From Monocercomonoides exilis PA203 (taxonomy: Eukaryota; Protista; Preaxostyla): 64,000 nt of DNA. Both the position numbers and the translations under genes were made by a program. This document shows, piece by piece, positions 52,961 to 61,217 of this stretch; the stretch's first letter is position 1; every line of letters starts with the position of its first letter. The notes under the pieces were generated by a model, which saw only the letters and a list, made by a program, of their open reading frames with translations, had not been told where the DNA came from and did no database searches. The stretch is from the NCBI GenBank assembly GCA_001643675.2, contig LSRY02000005.1:1612001-1676000 (forward strand). The letters run 5' to 3'.

Positions 52961-53014
52961 TAATGCGAGTAATTAAACCCACATTTAAAAATGTGGCCCA
53001 AATTACTCACATTA
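52961..53014. repeat. 54-bp imperfect palindrome
   Basis: taatgcgagtaatt-aaac-ccacattt-aa-aaatgtgg-ccca-aattactcacatta. Confidence 0.8.
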
Positions 53015-53235
53015 CGGCTCCAAATAACATCAAACAAGAAAATTCATAAATTTCAACTTAAATAAAGCATAAATATTTGAAAAATGAGGTGTTTTTTCAC
53101 ATACTTTAGTGCGATCTAAAATATTTACTGTTTTAAATTATTTCAGTTCATTTTTTTAATTCATAATAAAATTGTCAGTTCATGTTTTTTCTTTTTGAAA
53201 TAAAAGCAAATTTGAAATATGCATGTTCATATTAA

Positions 53236-53307
53236 GCTTTCATAACTTAAGGGTAATACCATGGCCTTTCATAATTAAGGTCAAGGGTTCAATACCCGTT
53301 AGAGGCG
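53236..53307 (+). pseudogene. Degenerate tRNA-Met(CAT)-like sequence
   Basis: 72 nt long. Acceptor GCTTTCA/TAGAGGC (6 of 7 pairs including G-U), TTCATAA loop, AGGTC variable region, T arm AAGGG-TTCAATA-CCCGT. The D and anticodon stems no longer pair. Confidence 0.55.
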
Positions 53308-53791
53308 ACAAATTTTCAAACATTTGTCAAATCAAATAAATCATGCCTCTTTGCGATATATGAGACAGAGTTTCTCATAGCTGCGCTGCAGTCAAATTCG
53401 CAGTGAATTTAGAACTCAAAATCAAAATCTAATTCACAATAATAAATGAAAAGTGCTTAATGAAAAGTGCTTAATGACAATCAAAATTAAACAATAAATA
53501 ATTAATCGATATCGATAATTAAAATCAATCAATCAATAATAATAATTATTGAAATCAAATCAATCACAAAAGAAAATCCCAAATATTGAAAAATTTCCAA
53601 AACTTTCAATTCTACTAAAAAATTAAATAGGACCCTTTTTCGTATTTATTATCAATAAATTATATTCATGTTTTTTTGTTATTTAATAAAATAAGGTTGT
53701 TATTAAAAATGTGTAAAAAAAATGTGATTGAAAATAGAAATTATTAGTTTAAAAAATAATTTATATATTTTTTAATTCATTTTAAAATTCA

Positions 53792-54055
53792 ATGGGAAGA
53801 AAAAAGTTATATGCATCAGAAGAAGAAGCAAAAGCAAAACAACTGCAGCAAATAAGAAAAAGTCAAGAAAGATACAAATTACAAAATGAGTTTTTCAAAA
53901 AGCATTCACACGCAATTCAACAAGCAGTCATAAAAATGCTCTCAAAAAACATGTTCGAAAGTGAAGACACTTTAAAAGAGGTCCAAACTATTCTCAATAA
54001 TGCTAAATATATTTCTATTGAAGAGGCTTATAGTAAATATTGTGATGAACAGTAA
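53792..54055 (+). CDS. Small basic viral protein
   Basis: 87-aa ORF starting MGRKKLYASEEEAK, with a basic helical N-terminus. Confidence 0.65.
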   Translation: MGRKKLYASEEEAKAKQLQQIRKSQERYKLQNEFFKKHSHAIQQAVIKMLSKNMFESEDTLKEVQTILNNAKYISIEEAYSKYCDEQ

Positions 54056-54087
54056 TGAATAAATATATTTTTATCTTCTTTAAAAAG

Positions 54088-54435
54088 ATGTCAAAAACAG
54101 CTAAAACTATTAAAAAAGAATTACCAGATATAACAATAATTGAACCTTTTTCACCTGATATAAAAACATTTGAAACAGTTCAGGAGTTTAAAGAGTATCT
54201 AACAGATAATGAAGAAGAGATGAATAAGCTATCAACATGTAAACTCAATAAGCAATATCACATAGAAGGATATAGAATCACCAAACTCAATAACAAGATA
54301 TCACTAAAGAAATCTTCAAATAACTACTTGTCGAAAAATTTATCGAACGATTCTGAAATTATTGATGCAATCAATATTCTGTCAAAACAAATGGAAATCG
54401 TTGTAGAAACTCTGAAAAATAATAGACTGCTTTAA
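54088..54435 (+). CDS. Hypothetical viral protein
   Basis: ATG 54088 follows the shared TTTTTATCTT motif. Its stop overlaps the ATPase stop at TTAA 54432-54435. Confidence 0.7.
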   Translation: MSKTAKTIKKELPDITIIEPFSPDIKTFETVQEFKEYLTDNEEEMNKLSTCKLNKQYHIEGYRITKLNNKISLKKSSNNYLSKNLSNDSEIIDAINILSKQMEIVVETLKNNRLL

Positions 54436-55334
54436 AGGTGTCGAACGTATCTTACGTTTAAAGACGTTCTGTTGTCTTCTTTTTTAGCATAAATAATGGT
54501 CTTTATTTTTGTACCATCGTCATCATATGAGAAGTGCATGATGTCTCTTCTGCTTAAATTTTTGTAGCCTTCCCATAGAGCATCACGATCTTGATAAGTC
54601 TGCAGCTGATAATATACATAATTGAACTTCAATTTGGAGAATCCTCCAAATATCCACAGAGTATCCAAATTAGCTTTCACTTCCGAGCATATTCCTTTTG
54701 GATCTTGTAAGCATAAGAAGTATGTGATCATAGGCTGTCTATTCTCAAACAGTAATCTAAATATCCCATCTTTCTTTTTAAACATCTCCATGCAATCATC
54801 AAATAAAACTGCTGTGTGATGAACAGGTTGAGAAAAGTCATCTATATGCAGTGTCTCTAATACAGCATTCACAACTGATTCATCCTGTTGTTTTCTATTG
54901 TAAATGTCACGATATAGTTCTTTGGCATTACTGATATCAGTTAGTGTTTTTAAAGCTTCATTATATCTCACTTGCACAATTGGAAATTCAATAAATTTCT
55001 TCATCCTTTCAAATGTCTGATCACTACTCTTATCAGACACATACACAAATAATGAATAGCCTCCAAAATGCAGTTCAGGAGTGACATCATATTCTTGATA
55101 TAATTCATCTAATGCACTCACTTTAGCTAGTTCTTTCAAAACACTATATGTTTTTCCACTTCCTCTTCCTCCGACAAGCAAATTAACAGAATTGCGTTTG
55201 AAAAACAGATCTGGATGTATATCTGATTGAATCTCATGTGTGATATCTAATTCTGCCTCCCTGTTTCTTCTATTCACGATTGTTTCTAAGGATCTCGAAT
55301 TGATTTCTTTCAGAAGAATCAGTCCGCTTTTCAT
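54432..55334 (-). CDS. A32/FtsK-HerA-like DNA packaging ATPase
   Basis: Walker A LLVGGRGSGKT, Walker B AVLFDD, Arg-finger/Gln-sensor region ENRQPMITYFLCLQD; 300 aa. Confidence 0.85.
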   Translation of the reverse strand: MKSGLILLKEINSRSLETIVNRRNREAELDITHEIQSDIHPDLFFKRNSVNLLVGGRGSGKTYSVLKELAKVSALDELYQEYDVTPELHFGGYSLFVYVSDKSSDQTFERMKKFIEFPIVQVRYNEALKTLTDISNAKELYRDIYNRKQQDESVVNAVLETLHIDDFSQPVHHTAVLFDDCMEMFKKKDGIFRLLFENRQPMITYFLCLQDPKGICSEVKANLDTLWIFGGFSKLKFNYVYYQLQTYQDRDALWEGYKNLSRRDIMHFSYDDDGTKIKTIIYAKKEDNRTSLNVRYVRHL

Positions 55335-55398
55335 AATGATAATAATTTAGTATTTTAATCTGATTAAAACATTTTTATCTTGTATAAAAGAACTATTG

Positions 55399-56400
55399 AT
55401 GTTTAACAATCGAAATCTGCTTGAGTTACCAAAAAAAGGAATTTCACTATTTTCATCAGATCCCACCAATAGAAAAAAGTCACATGCAGGTGGTCCTAAA
55501 GCAAAACTTGGAATGGATGAATTGAAACATATTGTACTTGATCAACAACAGGAAATACGATATATTAAAGATCTGATGAGTGAACAGTCAGGGAAAAACT
55601 ATCTGAAACGAAATAAACTTTGGAAAGAAGGAAAAGATTGGAGTTTCGATTCAATAGATCATGATAACAACCCTGATACTCCCGATAAGATCATTTGGAA
55701 AACTCCTAATAACGATATATATGCTGTTGATGGATATACAACAGGAAATGAGCGCAAGAGAAGAAAACTTATGCGTAATTATATTGATAAATATCCAAAC
55801 TTGAATGACAGACGTGAGAACAAATATGTTGATTATTTGAAGAATCTTCATAAAGGACAAGTTGACAGAATGGATATTGATTTCAAAAAGAGAGTAGTTT
55901 CACAGATCCTTGAGAAGTTTCAATTAAGTTTCAACACAAGTGATGAGGTGAGAAAATTATGTGAAAATAAGAAATTCACCTACAGTCAGCATCTTACAAA
56001 AATTAATTCTGTAATATACAGACAGTGTTTGATTCATGATATGATGATGGCTATCAATCCAAATATCGGTATTTACAATATGTTTATCGATAAAGAAAAT
56101 GTGATATCAAAGCACAGGAAGTATTGGAAAGCATTCTACTCTCGATTAACTGATGATGATTTCGATGTTCTCATAAAAAGATATGCTCCAACAACGATTC
56201 AAGTTGCAAAAATGATATTCACTTCTCAAAATCCTTTGACGAATTTTGTGCCATTAATAAATACAAATCCTGATCTTCAGAATCCTTTTATAGAAATATT
56301 TATCAAATTTAATCAAGGCACAAGTTCATCGTCAGCTTCTTCGTCTTTTTTATCTTCAGCGATTTCTGACAAGATGGATATCGAAGAAGAACAATTTTAA
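55399..56400 (+). CDS. Hypothetical viral protein (333 aa)
   Basis: Long intact ORF divergent from the ATPase. No motif recognised. Confidence 0.7.
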   Translation: MFNNRNLLELPKKGISLFSSDPTNRKKSHAGGPKAKLGMDELKHIVLDQQQEIRYIKDLMSEQSGKNYLKRNKLWKEGKDWSFDSIDHDNNPDTPDKIIWKTPNNDIYAVDGYTTGNERKRRKLMRNYIDKYPNLNDRRENKYVDYLKNLHKGQVDRMDIDFKKRVVSQILEKFQLSFNTSDEVRKLCENKKFTYSQHLTKINSVIYRQCLIHDMMMAINPNIGIYNMFIDKENVISKHRKYWKAFYSRLTDDDFDVLIKRYAPTTIQVAKMIFTSQNPLTNFVPLINTNPDLQNPFIEIFIKFNQGTSSSSASSSFLSSAISDKMDIEEEQF

Positions 56401-56480
56401 ACAAATAATAAATACAAAAATAAATAATAACATTTATAAAGTTAAAAATATTTTTGTGGATTTTATTAATAGTTTTATTT

Positions 56481-56834
56481 TTATAGTTGAACTCTTCTGT
56501 TAAGCAATCCTTGCTTTAGAATATCTGATGTACTCGATGTTGCTCGATTCATTCCTCCTGATCTGATTAATGCTCCTGAATCATTTGAATTTTGGAGATC
56601 GTAAGAGATGTTTCTGCTTCTGTTTCCAAGAGCATTATCAGCAAAATCACTCACTGTATTCACAACGTTATTAATGAGTTTTCCAGGACCGGGAAGGAAT
56701 GGTGATACAGTATTCAATACAGGTCGAACAAGAGGCTTCACTACCTTATCGTTTACCCATTTAATACCATTTTTCACAGTATTAAATGTATTCGAGAAAA
56801 AATTTTTCATTTTGTTCCAAATTCCAGCTGACAT
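56481..56834 (-). CDS. Putative virion protein with N-terminal amphipathic helix (adenovirus protein VI-like)
   Basis: MSAGIWNKMKNFFSNTFNTVKNGIKWVNDKVVKP; basic C-terminus; adjacent to the capsid gene. Confidence 0.55.
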   Translation of the reverse strand: MSAGIWNKMKNFFSNTFNTVKNGIKWVNDKVVKPLVRPVLNTVSPFLPGPGKLINNVVNTVSDFADNALGNRSRNISYDLQNSNDSGALIRSGGMNRATSSTSDILKQGLLNRRVQL

Positions 56835-56892
56835 ATTTTGATAGCGATAAAAAATTATATTCTTCAAGTTTTTATCTTCTATTAAATACGAA

Positions 56893-58653
56893 ATGTCAAA
56901 TCTGCATGTTACAAAAGCACTTGGGTTACAGCCTGTTGGAAATATTGAGGCTGCATTAAAAACTTATTCAAAAATGACTGCAATCAACGATGGAAGACAC
57001 TATTATTCAATTTCAGAATCTATTCCTGATGAAAAACTTCCTTTGGATTACACTCATGAAATAAACATATCTATGACTAACGCAAATGTTGATGTCACAC
57101 AAATTCATGATTCATTTATTACTACAGTCATTACTGCAAGAATCAATTTCTCTCATGATCTTGTTACACGCGATAATGAGATCTCACAAGCAGGAAAGAA
57201 ACTGCTTGAGTCTCAATTTATGTTCATCGGACTGAGATCAGGATCAAATATTATCTCAGATTATTGTGTTGTTCATGGAGAAGATAAGATTATTGATTCG
57301 ACTCGTCAGCCCAACGCAACTATTGAATCATTTATATATAACACGATCAAGCCAAAAACTGAAAAAGATAATCGAAAACATATACACTCTTTATATGATA
57401 ATGTGCACAAATATGATAATTCTGCTTGTGGAGTCTACGTTCCGATAACACTAATTAAAGCAGGATCTTATCTTGATATTGATATTCCAATATCCATTCC
57501 TCTTGATGATATTCTTCTGTTTTCAGGATTTATTGATTATCCTAATCGTTTATTCGGAAATTTGAAACTGAAATACACCATAAAACCTGAAGCACTTGTT
57601 TACTGTCGAGTATCTCCAAAAATGTCCATGATCAAAACTGTAGGAAAACGAAGAAACTACTTCAAATCTTCACAAGGACAAAACTACGATAGCATAATGA
57701 AGATGATCCTTACTACTCCTGATTCATGTTTTGAGTATGCAAAGAAGTTCACACAAATAAACTGTCCTTCACGTCAGTTTGTATTCAATTATGACTTAAC
57801 TGCTGAAGGAACTGTTGATGGATTCAATTATGAAACTATTATTCCTGAATTTACTCCCACAGTCACATTCTGCCAGACGAAAGACTGTAAGATCTCTATT
57901 GCGGGTTATAGTGTGTCTTCTCAATGCTTAACTAATCTTATTGAATACTTCTCTTCTCATCCATTTGTTGTTCCTTCACAAAGAATTGAGACAAAAAGAT
58001 TAGGAAGTGCTCCTACTCCTTCAGGATTTCAACAGTGCCATGACAACTTATGCTTTAATCATGTAATGTCAACAGTTACTCTGTTCCAAAAAGATACTCG
58101 TCATTGGACTACATTTGACAACCCTCAATATAAAGAGCTCCAACTCTACATAGGTGATAGACGATTCCCTGAAAAGCCTTTAAATACTACAGATGCAACG
58201 TTTTTCCAGATGATGCTTAATGCTTCAGATCTTGATTCTTTATTCCCTGCTACTGAGGAGTACGAAGAGAGTCTCACAAGTGTCAAAAATAATGCTTCTG
58301 AAGTCTTCTTTCCAACTACTGATGATACATCATTCATGTTCACAACACAGTGTGAGAGAAGTGGTGGAACTGGAATCTGTTTTGATGGAATTCACACTGG
58401 AAATACTCCTGTTTCTGTTGAACTCAGAGAAACTCCCATATACAGTGGAGAAACAGATACTTATTACAACGTTAGAGATGATCTTTCTCAAACTGCAAGA
58501 CATCCTCCTGCTCCTCTATTCAACATGGTTCAACAATCATTTTGGATTTTTAGTCTTAAAGATGGATTAAACGTTCAATATGTTAAAGATCACACTGCAG
58601 AAGATGTGTTAAGAGCGTTAGGATATACTCCAACTGGAGAATTAGAAGAATAA
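56893..58653 (+). CDS. Probable major capsid protein (double jelly-roll)
   Basis: 586 aa with beta-strand-like alternating hydrophobic patterns (IDIPISIPL, LKLKYTI, LQLYIGDRRFP), located between the packaging ATPase and a penton-sized gene. The fold is inferred. Confidence 0.65.
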   Translation: MSNLHVTKALGLQPVGNIEAALKTYSKMTAINDGRHYYSISESIPDEKLPLDYTHEINISMTNANVDVTQIHDSFITTVITARINFSHDLVTRDNEISQAGKKLLESQFMFIGLRSGSNIISDYCVVHGEDKIIDSTRQPNATIESFIYNTIKPKTEKDNRKHIHSLYDNVHKYDNSACGVYVPITLIKAGSYLDIDIPISIPLDDILLFSGFIDYPNRLFGNLKLKYTIKPEALVYCRVSPKMSMIKTVGKRRNYFKSSQGQNYDSIMKMILTTPDSCFEYAKKFTQINCPSRQFVFNYDLTAEGTVDGFNYETIIPEFTPTVTFCQTKDCKISIAGYSVSSQCLTNLIEYFSSHPFVVPSQRIETKRLGSAPTPSGFQQCHDNLCFNHVMSTVTLFQKDTRHWTTFDNPQYKELQLYIGDRRFPEKPLNTTDATFFQMMLNASDLDSLFPATEEYEESLTSVKNNASEVFFPTTDDTSFMFTTQCERSGGTGICFDGIHTGNTPVSVELRETPIYSGETDTYYNVRDDLSQTARHPPAPLFNMVQQSFWIFSLKDGLNVQYVKDHTAEDVLRALGYTPTGELEE

Positions 58654-58897
58654 ACCAACCAATTATATATTTTTTTATTTTTATCAATAATGAAATAGTC
58701 AATCATTACAAATACATAAATGTTATTTGAAATAGTCCTTTGCACAACATTAATAATATCAACAATTGCCCAAACATTTCAGTGTTTATTATTAACAGCA
58801 GCAATAAAAAATGAAGATCCTCCAAGACTTCCAACACCTGAATCGATGTATGTTTAATTTCATTTTTGAAATGCTTTGTGATTTTAATTTTCAGTAA

Positions 58898-59413
58898 ATG
58901 AGTGAACATGAAGTGCTTCGGGGACTAAGTCCCCTCGAGGATCATAGATCCGTTCCAGCTAAGGCTGCTCGGCAGACCTTGACCCTTCGGGATATTTCGT
59001 CGAGAATAGATATAAATTATGATATCAGTGTGCCTGTTAAAAGATATCACTCAACATCAACTTTAATCACTAATCTTCCAAAAGCGTTTATTAATTCAAA
59101 ACGAAAAAGATATTTTCATGTTATATGGTGTAAACTGATTCGAAAAATTGAATTAAACAACAGTGAATCTTCAAGTTTAATTAATACTATTGCACTTGAA
59201 AAGCCTAAACACATTTCATTACATGGGGATTTCATTCATGAAGATAAAGATAATGATTCACTCGTTAGGTATTGTAATGAATTTCAAGAGAGAGATAAAT
59301 ATCAGCAGTTCTTTCAACAAGATAACTTCAGAGTTTGGTTCAAAAATTTTGATGAAACTCCTTTGGATATGTCTAATGTCAAATTCGTAATGAAATACAT
59401 GTTGGAATATTAA
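58898..59413 (+). CDS. Probable minor capsid (penton) protein
   Basis: 171 aa directly after the putative MCP. C-terminal FRVWFKNFDETPLD...FVMKYMLEY resembles the last strands of single jelly-roll minor capsid proteins. Confidence 0.5.
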   Translation: MSEHEVLRGLSPLEDHRSVPAKAARQTLTLRDISSRIDINYDISVPVKRYHSTSTLITNLPKAFINSKRKRYFHVIWCKLIRKIELNNSESSSLINTIALEKPKHISLHGDFIHEDKDNDSLVRYCNEFQERDKYQQFFQQDNFRVWFKNFDETPLDMSNVKFVMKYMLEY

Positions 59414-59495
59414 ATATAAAATATATCAAAACGGTTTTCTTAATTTATTCCAATATTAGTAATATTTTTTCATTTTAGTAAATATTTTTACTCCT

Positions 59496-59981
59496 ATGAA
59501 AATGAACAACGTTGACAAGCAAATTTTAACTGCTAATAATGAAGTATTTTCACTAGGGACTTACAACGGATTATCAGTTATTATTAGAGAAAAGGATAAG
59601 TTCATTAACGCAACAAAAATGTATTTAGCTATTAATGAAAAAAAGAAGTTCAGCAGGATTCGTGATAGTAAATCTTGGGAAGAATATATTGATGAATTTA
59701 AGCGTGTATATAATTACAACTCTAATAACAGTAATGAATATGAATATGAATTGAAAAAAGGATATGATAAACAAACAAGAGGAACTTATATAGATCCTAA
59801 ACTTATAAATTATATAGCTATATGGGCATCTCCTAAGTATGCACTATCTGTTGGAAAACTTATGAACATAATTAATCAACGCACACAAATAACAGGAGAA
59901 TCATTTGATTCAGTTAAAGATAGTTTAATTGAAGAACAGCAAAAAATAATCGATGAACTTAAATCTAAAATTGATCAATAA
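59496..59981 (+). CDS. KilA-N domain protein
   Basis: YNGLSVIIREKDKFINATKM, RGTYIDPKL and IAIWASPKYA, followed by a coiled-coil tail. Confidence 0.88.
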   Translation: MKMNNVDKQILTANNEVFSLGTYNGLSVIIREKDKFINATKMYLAINEKKKFSRIRDSKSWEEYIDEFKRVYNYNSNNSNEYEYELKKGYDKQTRGTYIDPKLINYIAIWASPKYALSVGKLMNIINQRTQITGESFDSVKDSLIEEQQKIIDELKSKIDQ

Positions 59982-60113
59982 AAAATGAATAGATAATATA
60001 TTTTTATTTATATTCGAAAAAAACACTTATGATTAACTTTACTTATGTCTAATACTCAAGGCTTCAAAAATTAGCGTCAATTTTATTTTTTCGAATTTTT
60101 AATTACTATAAAA

Positions 60114-60818
60114 ATGAGTAATAAAAATACTATTGGATTTTGTACCAATGCTATGTGTAAATGCACAGCTGATATTGTAGAAATCATAGATGAGAACTTT
60201 ATTGTTATCGATTACAGTCAACTACACTTGATATTTTCAGTCAAGGATCAAATGTTTAACGCTTCAAAACTTATAACAAGTATTTCATCATCTGAAATGA
60301 ATACTTGGAACAGAAGCAAAAGTGGACAGTTGTTTAGAAAGAGATTTCCACAATACTTTCGTGAGATAACTACGAAAGAGTTAAAAGGAACAGATATCAA
60401 CAGATTAGCAGGAACTTATATGGATCCTTCGATGCTATTTGTTATAGTATCATGGTGTAATCCAATGCTTGGATATTTCTTAGCAAATGGCATCTGTGAT
60501 GAATGTAAAAACGATGCAGCAGGATATGTTTATGTAGTACAACCTGAAGAATATTTTGATACTGACATTTATAAAATTGGTAGAACTTGGAATCCGAAGC
60601 AGAGATACAACAATTATGGAAAGAAAATTAGAGTAATTCGAGAAGTTAAAGTATCAAATATGTATGCGTGTGAGTCAGACATCATATCTGAATTAGAGGA
60701 ATATAATTTAAAACCTTTAAAAGGAAAAGAATATTATCAAGTGGAAGATATCGATGATGATTTGTTATATCATTTTGATGAGAACGCAAGCAGATACAAA
60801 ATTAAAAAAGATCAATAA
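60114..60818 (+). CDS. KilA-N-like plus T5orf172 (GIY-YIG-like) domain protein
   Basis: MFNASKL...GTYMDP...VSWCNP, then GYVYVV...YKIGRTWNPKQR...E...GKEYY. Confidence 0.82.
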   Translation: MSNKNTIGFCTNAMCKCTADIVEIIDENFIVIDYSQLHLIFSVKDQMFNASKLITSISSSEMNTWNRSKSGQLFRKRFPQYFREITTKELKGTDINRLAGTYMDPSMLFVIVSWCNPMLGYFLANGICDECKNDAAGYVYVVQPEEYFDTDIYKIGRTWNPKQRYNNYGKKIRVIREVKVSNMYACESDIISELEEYNLKPLKGKEYYQVEDIDDDLLYHFDENASRYKIKKDQ

Positions 60819-60961
60819 AGTTTGAATAATATATTTTTATTTCATACATGAAATACACTTATGATTCACCAAAGTAATATCAATAAATGATACCCCTGAA
60901 GGGATAGAGATTCTTCAAATCAATATCAAATCCATCGAAATGTTAGCCAAAAATAATCCGG

Positions 60962-61144
60962 AGCAAGTGACTTTATCTGTCTTGCTCCAGCTTGCTCCAT
61001 GTCGATTTTATATATAAGAAGTACTGATTTCAGTCTCAATATTGATCAATCTTGCATTAAAAACTGTATAAGACCGGAGCAAGTGGAGCGGAGCAAGTTA
61101 TCAAATCGTTATCTCTAAAAATAGCGGCCATACGGACATATTGG
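60962..61144 (+). repeat. Inverted repeat left of the primase-helicase gene
   Basis: Exact reverse complement of 63818-64000 over 183 bp. Confidence 0.97.
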
Positions 61145-61217
61145 TCATTATTATAAGAAAACAAGAAAATAAGCTTAATTTCAAAAAATAACTTTTTTTA
61201 TTTCCACAAAAAGACAT

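Noticed and set aside
58706-58909. Small hydrophobic minus-strand ORF between the MCP and penton genes
   Set aside because: Short, overlaps the penton start, and has no supporting motif.
58930-58980. Hammerhead-like arrangement on the minus strand
   Set aside because: The core reads CUGCCGA/GAAC instead of CUGANGA/GAAA, and stem I does not pair.
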